A stretch of DNA of 32,000 bases, taken from positions 810,001 to 842,000 of the forward strand of contig NZ_CP036280.1 of assembly GCF_007748075.1 (NCBI RefSeq), read 5' to 3'. This DNA is from Mucisphaera calidilacus (GTDB taxonomy: Bacteria > Planctomycetota > Phycisphaerae > Phycisphaerales > Phycisphaeraceae). How positions within the stretch are numbered: the stretch's first letter is position 1; each line of letters starts with the position of its first letter. Both the position numbers and the translations under genes were made by a program. The notes below the pieces were generated by a model. The model saw only the letters and a program-made list of their open reading frames with translations. It searched no databases and was not told where the DNA came from. Positions 17,411 through 25,705 of the stretch are shown piece after piece.

Positions 17411-17678
17411 TTAGCATGGTCGATGGCCGTGACGGAGCCTAAGCTCCAAATCGGCAGGTGTGCCACGTCGCAGGTCTCGGACCCGCAACATGACAATCAG
17501 GGAAGACGCCAAAGGCCCTCACCGGCTCTCGCGCGATCCCTCTGTCGGTTGCTTCCTGGCCCTCATCGCGACGGCAGGGGGCAAGGACGCCTCGGCACAC
17601 ACTCGAGCGACAGCGCTCGTTTCAGGCTGTCTCTGGCTCCCTCGCGGGGCCGGGAAGAGAAGCCCGGGCGGTTCGGGC

Positions 17679-17706
17679 TTGACTGGGAAGATAACGTTCG
17701 TACTCT
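17679..17706 (+). promoter_or_regulatory. Candidate sigma-70-type promoter proximal to dcd
   Basis: TTGACT (17679-17684), a 16-nt spacer, then TACTCT (17701-17706), about 47 nt upstream of the dcd ATG. Pattern only. Confidence 0.3.
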
Positions 17707-17752
17707 GTTTGGTATGACCAAACAGAATCCTACCACGGAGATCGGTCGTACC

Positions 17753-18325
17753 ATGGCGGTGCTCTCAGACACGCAAATCCGGGAACTGGTCAACATCGAA
17801 CCCTTCGAGGACGCCGAAAAACGCCCGGGACGCATCTCCTACGGCGTCTCCTCCTACGGCTACGACGTCCGCGTCGGAACCCTCTTCAAAATCTTTACCA
17901 ACGCGCCCACCGACGGCGGCGCCTCCATCGTCGACCCCAAGAAGTTCGACGACCGCAACTTCGTCACCGTCGACACCCTGGAGACCGGCAAAGACCACGT
18001 CATCATCCCGCCCAACTCCTTCGCCCTCTGCGAGACCGTCGAGACCTTCGCCATCCCACGCGACCTGCTCGTCATCTGCGTCGGGAAATCCACCTACGCA
18101 CGATGCGGCATCATCGTCAACGTCACCCCCCTCGAACCCGAGTGGCGCGGCAAAGTCACCATCGAAATCTCCAACACCACACCCCTCCCCGCCAAGATCT
18201 ACGCCAACGAGGGCATCGCACAGATGATCTTCCTCAAGGCCGATCGCGTCTGCGCCGTCTCCTACGCCGACAAGGCCGGCAAGTACCAGAACCAGTCCGG
18301 TCTCGTACTGCCGAAGGTGGATTGA
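17753..18325 (+). CDS. dcd: dCTP deaminase
   Basis: Start at ATG 17753 ([13 protein letters not shown]...) gives the typical 190 aa. Motifs: [30 protein letters not shown]. The ORF-track extension to 17423 runs into the non-coding island and has no homology. Confidence 0.9.
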   Translation: MAVLSDTQIRELVNIEPFEDAEKRPGRISYGVSSYGYDVRVGTLFKIFTNAPTDGGASIVDPKKFDDRNFVTVDTLETGKDHVIIPPNSFALCETVETFAIPRDLLVICVGKSTYARCGIIVNVTPLEPEWRGKVTIEISNTTPLPAKIYANEGIAQMIFLKADRVCAVSYADKAGKYQNQSGLVLPKVD

Positions 18326-18384
18326 TTACTTCGATTCTTCATTCTTTCGTTTCGCTGCGTCATCTTTGACAAGGACTGTCTTTT

Positions 18385-21300
18385 ATGAAAATCACCCGTC
18401 GTTTTACCCAGCCCGGCACGGACGTCTTCGAATCCATCGAGTGGTCCCGACGATCCTGCCGCATCGCCAACCTCGACGGCTCCGTCGTCTTCGAGATGTC
18501 CGACGCCGAGATCCCCGCGTCGTGGTCCCAGCTCGCCTCCGACATCATGATCAGCAAGTACTTCCGAAAGGCCGGCGTGCCCGCCGACGGCGGGCCCAAC
18601 GGACTCCCGGATCCCGACTGGACCCCAGGAGGGGGTGACACGAACAAGGAGGTTCCGGTCGGTCCGGAAAAATCAGCTCGCCAGGTCATCCACCGACTCG
18701 CCGGATGCTGGCGACACTGGGGCGAACGGCACGGCTACTTCGACACCACCGAAGACGCCCAGGCCTTCTACGACGAGCTCTGCTACATGCTCCTCAACCA
18801 GGCCGCCGCACCCAACTCGCCCCAGTGGTTCAACACCGGCCTCAACTGGGCCTACGGCATCAACGGACCCGCCCAGGGACACTCCTACACCGACCCCATC
18901 ACCGGACAGACACGAAAGTCCGAAGACGCCTACACCCACCCCCAGCCCCACGCCTGCTTCATCCAGTCCGTCCAGGACGACCTCGTCAACGAGGGCGGCA
19001 TCATGGACCTCTGGGTCCGCGAGGCACGACTCTTCAAATACGGCTCCGGCACCGGAACCAACTTCTCCTCCATCCGCGGCGAGAACGAGTCCCTCTCCGG
19101 CGGCGGCAAGAGCTCGGGCCTCATGAGCTTCCTCAAGATCGGCGACCGCGCCGCCGGCGCCATCAAGTCCGGCGGAACCACGAGACGCGCCGCCAAGATG
19201 GTCTGCCTCGACCTCGACCACCCCGACATCGAACACTTCGTCAACTGGAAGGTCCGCGAGGAAATCAAGGTCGCCGCGCTCGTCGAAGGCTTCAAGGCCA
19301 TCCAGGACGGCAAGACCTCCGACACCGACACCGAGACCGTCGGCGAGACCTGCGCACGACTCGGACTCACCCTCGACTACGACTTCAACGGCGAGTCCTA
19401 CCAGACCGTCTCCGGACAGAACTCCAACAACTCCGTCCGCATCCCCAACGCCTTCTTCAACGCCGTCGACAACAACACCGACTGGAACCTCACCCACCGA
19501 ACCACCGGCAACACCGTCAAGACCATGCCCGCCGCCGACCTCTGGGCACAGATCGGCTACGCCGCATGGCGCTGCGCCGACCCGGGCGTCCAGTTCGACA
19601 CCACCATCAACGAGTGGCACACCTGCCCGCAGAGCGGACGCATCAACGCCTCCAACCCCTGCTCCGAGTACATGTTCCTCGACAACACCGCCTGCAACCT
19701 CGCCTCCCTCAACCTCCTCAAGTTCTACGACCGCAAGACACGAACCTTCGACCTCCAGGCCTACGAAAACGCCACCGCCATCTGGACCGTCGTCCTCGAG
19801 GTCTCCGTCCTCATGGCCCAGTACCCCAGCGACGAGATCGCCCAACTCTCCCACGAGTACCGGACCCTCGGCCTCGGCTACGCCAACCTCGGCGCCATGC
19901 TCATGCAGGCCGGCATCCCCTACGACTCCGACCGCGCCCGCGCCATCAGCGGTTGCCTCACCGCCATCCTCACAGGACGCAGCTACGCCACCAGCGCCGC
20001 CATGGCCAGGCAACTCGGGCCCTTCGACGGCTACAAACCCAACGCCGACGACATGCTCCGCGTCATCCGCAACCACCGACGCGCCGCCTACGGCGTCCCA
20101 CGCGACCCCGCACTCTCAAAACACCACGAACTCAGCACCTACGAGGGACTCGACACCCCGCCCGTCCCCATCGACGCGGGCAACCTCACCTCCGCACGCG
20201 AAGCCGCGGGCGTCCTCGCCAACGCCGACGCACTCGCCGACCACGCACGACGCGCCTGGGACGACGCCCTCGCCCTCGGCGAACGCTACGGCTACCGCAA
20301 CGCGCAGGTCACCGTCATCGCGCCCACCGGCACCATCGGCCTGCTCATGGACTGCGACACCACCGGCGTCGAACCCGACTTCGCCCTCGTCAAGTTCAAG
20401 AAGCTCGCCGGCGGCGGATACTTCAAGATCGCCAACCAGTCCCTCCAGCCCGCCCTCGAAGCACTCGGCTACTCCGAAGACCAGCGGCGCGCCATCCTCA
20501 CCTACGTCATGGGCGCACTCCGGCTCGACGTGCCCATGCCCGCCGCCAACGGCACCGTCTCGAAGGGCGCTCCCACCTTCGCCGAGTACCTCATCGAGAA
20601 GGGACTTGACGACGCCGACCTCCAACGACTCACCGACACACTCCCCACCGTCTTCGAGATCGGCCAGGCCTTCACGCCATGGACCCTCGGCGAAGAAACC
20701 ATCCGCAAGATCAACCTCGCCGACCGCGCCGACGACCCCGAACTCAATGTCCTCCGCGAACTCGGCCTCACCGGCAAGCAGATCAATGCCCTCAACCTCG
20801 CCGTCTGCGGAACACAGACCATCGAGGGCGCACCCGAACTCGACGAGCAGCACCTGCCCGTCTTCGACTGCGCCAACAAGTGCGGCAACCTCGGCAAACG
20901 CTACATCGCGCCACAGGGCCACATCCGCATGATGGCCGCCGCTCAGCCCTTCATCACCGGCGCGATCAGCAAGACCATCAACCTCCCCAACGACGCCTCC
21001 GTCGACGACATCCTCGCCGCCTACCGCCTCAGCTGGGAACTCGGACTCAAGGCCAACGCCCTCTACCGCGACGGCTGCAAACTCAGCCAGCCCCTCAACT
21101 CAGGCGGTTCCGACACCACCGACGACGACGTCCTCGATGCCGAACAGGACGACGAGGCCGTCGAGATGGCCCGCGACGAAGTCGCCGAGCAGGTCGCCGC
21201 CGTCGCCGCCGAACCCGAGCCCGTCATCCGCGAACGCATCGTCGAGATGGTCGTCGAACGACCCCTCCGGCGACGACTCCCCGACACCCGGCACAGCCGA

Positions 21301-21987
21301 ACCCACAAGTTCAACGTCGCCGGTCACGAGGGCTACCTCACCGTCGGGCTCTACGAAGACGGATCCCCGGGCGAACTCTTCATCACCATGGCCAAGGAAG
21401 GCTCCACCATCGGCGGTCTCATGGACTCCCTCGGCACCGCCATCTCCGTCGCGCTCCAGTATGGCGTCCCGGTCGAGTCGCTCGTCTCCAAGTTCACCCA
21501 CCAGCGCTTCGAGCCCGCCGGCATGACCCACAACCCCGACATCCCCTTCGCCAAGAGCCTCGTTGACTACATCTTCCGATGGATGGGCATGGAGTTCGTC
21601 GAGGGGTACCGCTCCGCCAACGCTCCCCTCCGATCCACCGAGGATACCGACGGCCAGGATCTCCCCAAGACCTCACGCAAGATGAACACCATCAAGCCCG
21701 CCGCTCCCTCCGGCAACGGCAACGGGCACGGCAAACCCGCCGCTCAGCCCGCCACCGAAACCGCCACGCAAACCTCGACCGCCGTCATGATCGAGGAACA
21801 ACGCAAGCCACGCTTCGAGGTCCAGCACGAGTCCGACCGCGTCGCCGCCGAAGACAACAGCCTCGACGCAGCCATGAAGGGACTCCAGGCCGACGCGCCC
21901 GCCTGCGACGTCTGCGGAACCATCACCGTCCGCAACGGCACCTGCTACAAGTGCCTCAACTGCGGAAACTCCATGGGCTGCTCCTGA
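18385..21987 (+). CDS. nrdJ: Adenosylcobalamin-dependent (class II) ribonucleotide reductase, long form
   Basis: 1200 aa. Contains the typical NrdJ blocks PQPHACFIQ, YGSGTGTNFSSIRG, TVSGQNSNNSVRIPN, active-site NASNPCSEYMFLDNTACNLASLNL, and a C-terminal Cys-rich tail CDVCGTITVRNGTCYKCLNCG. AAGGA lies 9 nt before the ATG. Confidence 0.95.
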   Translation: MKITRRFTQPGTDVFESIEWSRRSCRIANLDGSVVFEMSDAEIPASWSQLASDIMISKYFRKAGVPADGGPNGLPDPDWTPGGGDTNKEVPVGPEKSARQVIHRLAGCWRHWGERHGYFDTTEDAQAFYDELCYMLLNQAAAPNSPQWFNTGLNWAYGINGPAQGHSYTDPITGQTRKSEDAYTHPQPHACFIQSVQDDLVNEGGIMDLWVREARLFKYGSGTGTNFSSIRGENESLSGGGKSSGLMSFLKIGDRAAGAIKSGGTTRRAAKMVCLDLDHPDIEHFVNWKVREEIKVAALVEGFKAIQDGKTSDTDTETVGETCARLGLTLDYDFNGESYQTVSGQNSNNSVRIPNAFFNAVDNNTDWNLTHRTTGNTVKTMPAADLWAQIGYAAWRCADPGVQFDTTINEWHTCPQSGRINASNPCSEYMFLDNTACNLASLNLLKFYDRKTRTFDLQAYENATAIWTVVLEVSVLMAQYPSDEIAQLSHEYRTLGLGYANLGAMLMQAGIPYDSDRARAISGCLTAILTGRSYATSAAMARQLGPFDGYKPNADDMLRVIRNHRRAAYGVPRDPALSKHHELSTYEGLDTPPVPIDAGNLTSAREAAGVLANADALADHARRAWDDALALGERYGYRNAQVTVIAPTGTIGLLMDCDTTGVEPDFALVKFKKLAGGGYFKIANQSLQPALEALGYSEDQRRAILTYVMGALRLDVPMPAANGTVSKGAPTFAEYLIEKGLDDADLQRLTDTLPTVFEIGQAFTPWTLGEETIRKINLADRADDPELNVLRELGLTGKQINALNLAVCGTQTIEGAPELDEQHLPVFDCANKCGNLGKRYIAPQGHIRMMAAAQPFITGAISKTINLPNDASVDDILAAYRLSWELGLKANALYRDGCKLSQPLNSGGSDTTDDDVLDAEQDDEAVEMARDEVAEQVAAVAAEPEPVIRERIVEMVVERPLRRRLPDTRHSRTHKFNVAGHEGYLTVGLYEDGSPGELFITMAKEGSTIGGLMDSLGTAISVALQYGVPVESLVSKFTHQRFEPAGMTHNPDIPFAKSLVDYIFRWMGMEFVEGYRSANAPLRSTEDTDGQDLPKTSRKMNTIKPAAPSGNGNGHGKPAAQPATETATQTSTAVMIEEQRKPRFEVQHESDRVAAEDNSLDAAMKGLQADAPACDVCGTITVRNGTCYKCLNCGNSMGCS

Positions 21988-22037
21988 TCAGACACCCGAC
22001 GCACCCAAGCGTCAGAACCGATTTCTTCCCTCTCCGT

Positions 22038-22075
22038 CCCCTCGGCGTCTTCACCGATGCCGAGGGGGCTTTTCG
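22038..22075 (+). terminator. Rho-independent terminator downstream of nrdJ
   Basis: CCCCTCGGCGTC (22038-22049), loop TTCACC, then GATGCCGAGGGG (22056-22067): a 12-bp stem with one G-T pair, followed by GCTTTTCG. Confidence 0.75.
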
Positions 22076-22094
22076 ATTGAGCTAAACTACGCCC

Positions 22095-24386
22095 GTGCAT
22101 CAAACCCCCGAACCTCAACACGACGACCGGGAAACCAACCAACCCGCGCTGGCCAACGCCAGCAACGACACCCGCCACCAACTCCGCATCGCCTGCGCCC
22201 TCATCATCACCACCTGTGTCCTTATCCCCGGACTCGTCCCCACCTTCGTCAACCCCTGGCTCGACACCGACCCCCGCGTCGACGGACTTCCACCCTCCCT
22301 CGGCGGGATGACCGGCACCCTCGCCCTCACCATCCAGGCCGTCGGTCTCACCGCCGCACTCCTCGGCATCCTCATCAGCCATCGCGCCCACATCTTCACC
22401 ACCTGCCTCGCCGGCTCGGGTTGCCTCGGCGTCATCGCCTTACTCATCTGGAACACGCCCTCCGTCAACGACACCGTTCTCCTGAGCTCATGGGCCTCCG
22501 CCGTGATCATGGCACTCGCTATGGCCACCCTCGCCGCCGACCTCGTCTCGGGCAACGCCGTTCGACGATGGGCTCTCGCCGCACTCGTCGCCGCGCTCAT
22601 CCCCATGACCGCCGACGCACTCTGGTTCGTCCTCGTCGAACACCCCGCCAACCTCCGCTTCTACGAACGCAACATGCCCGACATGCTCGCGGCACGCGGC
22701 TGGGCCGAAGGCTCGCCCGAACACCAGATGTTCGTAAGACGCATGAGCTTCGCCGACGCCACCGGCGCCTACGCCCTCTCCAACGTCTTCGGCTCCGTCG
22801 CCGGTACCCTCACCTGCCTCGGCCTCGGCTACACAGCCCTCAAACTCCGCGACCGCAACAACCTCACGCCCCTCGCCATCGCCGCCGTCGGCCTGCTGCT
22901 CATCCTGCTCACCGCTTCACGCGGCGCCCTCGCCGTCTTTAGCCTCGCCGCCGCATGGTTCATCCTCGCCCGGCTCTACGGCACATCTCGCAAACACCGC
23001 TGGCCCCTCGCCCTCGCCGGCCTCGCGCTCATCGCCGTCCCCTGGCTCGCGATCGCCTGGGCCGGCTCCACGGGACCGCCCCCGCCCGAATCCGTCGCCG
23101 CCGACGGCCAGCCCGCATGGCTCAGCCTCCTCTTTCGCTACTGGTACCTCGAAGCCGCCCTCCGGATGCTCAGCGAAACTCTGTTCCTCCCGATTGGTCC
23201 CGGCGGCTTCGCCATCATGTTCGGCTACACCCGCGACCCCATGCTCCCCGAGTCCGTCGCCAGCACCCACAACATCATCATGGACCTGCTCGTGATGCTC
23301 GGCATCTTCGGCCTTGGCTGGCTCACCCTCGCCGCACGCTGGCTCTGCCGCGCGACCACCACCAGCCTGCCCGCCAAAAACTCAGCCCCCCACACCCAGC
23401 CCAACTGGCTCGCCGGCCTGCTTGTCGCAGGTCATCTCTTCACACCGGTCCTCTGGATCAAGAGCGATCTGCTCCTGCCCGAGACCGCGCTCCTCGCCAT
23501 CCTCGTCCTCGCCGCCTACACCCTCACGATCGCCTGGCTCGCCACCCGACCCATCACACCCGCCACGGCCTGCGGCCTCGCCGCGGCCGGTGTCATGCTC
23601 CTCGGCCACGGCCAGATGGAGATGACCTTCTTCAACGGCCCCGCCTCGCAACTCGCGTGGGTCGTCCTCGGCCTCGCAGGGGGGATCGCCATCAACCAGC
23701 CGCACACCACGCCGGCAGGGCGGTCAGGCATGTTCCTCGCAGCAGCACTCGCGATGCTGGTGCTTAGCGCACACCTCTACGCGCTGGCACGCACCGCCAC
23801 CGTCGAGTTCACGACCCATCGCGCCGCCGTCGCTCTGGCCAACAACCGGCCCGACCAGGCCAGTCAGCACCTCGCCACACTGATCTGGGAACAGCGCGCG
23901 AGCCGCGTCAGGATCGAACCCGTCGCCGAGAAATGGCTGACGCAACTCGCCCTCGAGCAAGCCCATCATCTCCACGCAACGGACCGTCCCCAAACGGCGC
24001 TCGACCGACTCGATCAGGCACACCTCAATCTCGACCTCACACGACCCAAAGGACTCCGAAAACACATCGAGATCCTGCAGCAGCAGGCAGGCTACGCGTC
24101 CACCCCGGACGCCTGCCTCTATTTCACCGATCGTTCCTACAGAGCCCTCAACTACCTCCTCACCCTCACCCCCTACAACGTCCGCGACCGTCTCCGCCTC
24201 GTCGACGTCCTCATCCGTCTGCACGATCTCGACGCCGCCCAGGCCGAGCTCGACCGCGCCCGCGACATCAACGCCGGCCTCTACCTCGACCCGCTCAAGC
24301 AACTCCCCGACGAGGCATGGACCGCACGCGCCGAGCACATCGATGCGCAACGACCCGCGGAACCAACCGGTATCATGGCCCCATGA
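22095..24386 (+). CDS. O-antigen ligase (Wzy_C)-like polytopic membrane protein with C-terminal TPR-like domain
   Basis: More than 10 predicted TM helices with an LLILLTASRGALAVFSLAAAW segment typical of O-antigen ligase/Wzy_C proteins. The C-terminal roughly 200 aa are soluble and helical-repeat-like. GTG 22095 is the first in-frame start. Stop overlaps the aroA ATG (ATGA). Confidence 0.6.
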   Translation: MHQTPEPQHDDRETNQPALANASNDTRHQLRIACALIITTCVLIPGLVPTFVNPWLDTDPRVDGLPPSLGGMTGTLALTIQAVGLTAALLGILISHRAHIFTTCLAGSGCLGVIALLIWNTPSVNDTVLLSSWASAVIMALAMATLAADLVSGNAVRRWALAALVAALIPMTADALWFVLVEHPANLRFYERNMPDMLAARGWAEGSPEHQMFVRRMSFADATGAYALSNVFGSVAGTLTCLGLGYTALKLRDRNNLTPLAIAAVGLLLILLTASRGALAVFSLAAAWFILARLYGTSRKHRWPLALAGLALIAVPWLAIAWAGSTGPPPPESVAADGQPAWLSLLFRYWYLEAALRMLSETLFLPIGPGGFAIMFGYTRDPMLPESVASTHNIIMDLLVMLGIFGLGWLTLAARWLCRATTTSLPAKNSAPHTQPNWLAGLLVAGHLFTPVLWIKSDLLLPETALLAILVLAAYTLTIAWLATRPITPATACGLAAAGVMLLGHGQMEMTFFNGPASQLAWVVLGLAGGIAINQPHTTPAGRSGMFLAAALAMLVLSAHLYALARTATVEFTTHRAAVALANNRPDQASQHLATLIWEQRASRVRIEPVAEKWLTQLALEQAHHLHATDRPQTALDRLDQAHLNLDLTRPKGLRKHIEILQQQAGYASTPDACLYFTDRSYRALNYLLTLTPYNVRDRLRLVDVLIRLHDLDAAQAELDRARDINAGLYLDPLKQLPDEAWTARAEHIDAQRPAEPTGIMAP

Positions 24387-25705
24387 GCGATTACCCCAGG
24401 CAGCTCGACATCACGCCCATCGGACGGTTCGACCACACCGTCGATCTCCCCGGCTCCAAGTCGCTGACCAACCGCGCCCTGCTGCTCGCCGCGCTCTCCG
24501 ACGGGCCCTGCTACCTCACCAACACACTCTTCGCCGACGACACCGAACGCATGCTCGAAGCCCTCGACGCCCTCGGCTTCAAGATCGAGATCCAGCGTGG
24601 CCACAACGCCGTCCTCGTCGAGGGACACGCAGGCGTCATCCCCGCCACCCGGGCCACGCTCAACCTCGGCAACGCCGGCACCGCCGTCCGATTCCTCACC
24701 GCCGCACTCACCCTCGGCAAGGGCACCTACACCGTCGACGGCATCGAACGCATGCGCCAGCGACCCATCGCCCAACTCGTCGCGCCCCTCCGCGAACTCG
24801 GCGCCACCATCAACCACACCCACAGCGACGGCTACCCACCCCTCGAAATCCACGCCAACGGACTCGAAGGCGGCGAACTCCGACTCGCGCCCACTCTCTC
24901 CTCTCAGTACATCACAGCGCTCCTCCAGATCGGCGTCTACGCGCGCAAGGGACTCAACCTCCGACTCGACGGCCCCATCACCTCCCGACCCTACGTCGCC
25001 ATGACCCTCGGCCTGCTCGAGCACTTCGAGGTCCCCGTCGAAGCCTCCGACGACCTCAGCAGCATCGACATCACACCCGAGTGGATCCGCGGCAACGACC
25101 TCGCCATCGAGCCGGACGCCTCCTCCGCCAGCTACTTCTGGGCCGCCGCCGCCATCACCCCAGGCAGCTCATGCACCGTCAACGGACTCGGCACCAACAG
25201 CATCCAGGGCGACGCACGCTTCGCCAGCGTCCTCGAGAAGATCGGCGCCCGCGTCGTAATCCGAGCCGATCACACCACCGTCTCCGCACCCGCCGACGGC
25301 AAGCTCCACGGCATCGACATCGACCTCAACGACATGCCCGACGCCGCCATGACACTCGCCGCCATCGCGCCGCTCCTCGACGGCACCACCACCATCCGCA
25401 ACGTCGGCAACTGGCGCGTCAAGGAAACCGACCGCATGGCCGCCATGCAGACCGAACTCAACAAGACTGGCGCACAGGCCACCATCAACGGCGACGACAT
25501 CACCATCCACCCCCTCCCCGACGGCAGACTTCGGCCCGCCACCATCGACACCTACGACGACCACCGCATGGCCATGACCTTCACCGTCCTCGGCCTCGCC
25601 AAGCAAGGCGTCACCATCAACGACCCCGCCTGCGTCGCCAAGACGCTCCCCGACTTCTTCGAGCGCATCGAAACCCTCCGCACGCAGGCATCACCCGCAC
25701 ACTGA
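24383..25705 (+). CDS. aroA: 3-phosphoshikimate 1-carboxyvinyltransferase (EPSP synthase)
   Basis: Start at ATG 24383 (MSDYPRQLDITPIG...). Motifs: LPGSKSLTNRALLLAAL, LGNAGTAVRFL, VKETDRMAAM, DDHRMAMTF. The ORF-track extension to 23933 is an alternative-frame artefact over the upstream gene. Confidence 0.95.
   Translation: MSDYPRQLDITPIGRFDHTVDLPGSKSLTNRALLLAALSDGPCYLTNTLFADDTERMLEALDALGFKIEIQRGHNAVLVEGHAGVIPATRATLNLGNAGTAVRFLTAALTLGKGTYTVDGIERMRQRPIAQLVAPLRELGATINHTHSDGYPPLEIHANGLEGGELRLAPTLSSQYITALLQIGVYARKGLNLRLDGPITSRPYVAMTLGLLEHFEVPVEASDDLSSIDITPEWIRGNDLAIEPDASSASYFWAAAAITPGSSCTVNGLGTNSIQGDARFASVLEKIGARVVIRADHTTVSAPADGKLHGIDIDLNDMPDAAMTLAAIAPLLDGTTTIRNVGNWRVKETDRMAAMQTELNKTGAQATINGDDITIHPLPDGRLRPATIDTYDDHRMAMTFTVLGLAKQGVTINDPACVAKTLPDFFERIETLRTQASPAH

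Noticed and set aside
17007-17420. Calling the DnaA-box cluster plus A/T-rich tract the chromosomal origin (oriC)
   Set aside because: The strong strand asymmetry has the same sign on both sides of this region; the + strand stays C-rich until about 27.4 kb. No dnaA/dnaN is nearby, and only three imperfect boxes are present. It is kept as a regulatory or unknown element rather than an origin call.
17191-17496. 101-aa minus-strand ORF inside the low-GC island (also + ORFs 17460-17717 and the 17423-17752 extension of dcd)
   Set aside because: There are no recognisable motifs and no convincing ribosome-binding site. Codons otherwise rare here are used heavily (TTA, CTA, AGA, AGG). The ORF spans the DnaA-box/NrdR-box-like elements. 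I treat the region as non-coding, although a small protein cannot be excluded without expression data.
16964-17752. Possible tmRNA, RNase P RNA, SRP RNA or tRNA in the long intergenic region
   Set aside because: I looked on both strands for hallmark strings: GAGGAAAGTCCGGGC and ACAGAACCCGGCTTA for RNase P; a GGGG...TTCGAC 5' end plus GGTTCGAATCC-type T-arm and CCACCA end for tmRNA; CAGGTCCGGAAGGAAGCAGC for SRP; and T-loop motifs for tRNA. I found none. TTGCGAACCCAAG resembles a tmRNA 5' segment, but nothing else matches. An unknown ncRNA remains possible.
18385-21987. Intein or gene fusion as an explanation for the 1200-aa NrdJ
   Set aside because: The sequence is collinear with long-form class II reductases, including the insertion containing TVSGQNSNNSVRIPN. 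It shows no intein splice-junction blocks (no Cys/Ser-initiated insert ending in HN followed by Cys/Ser/Thr).
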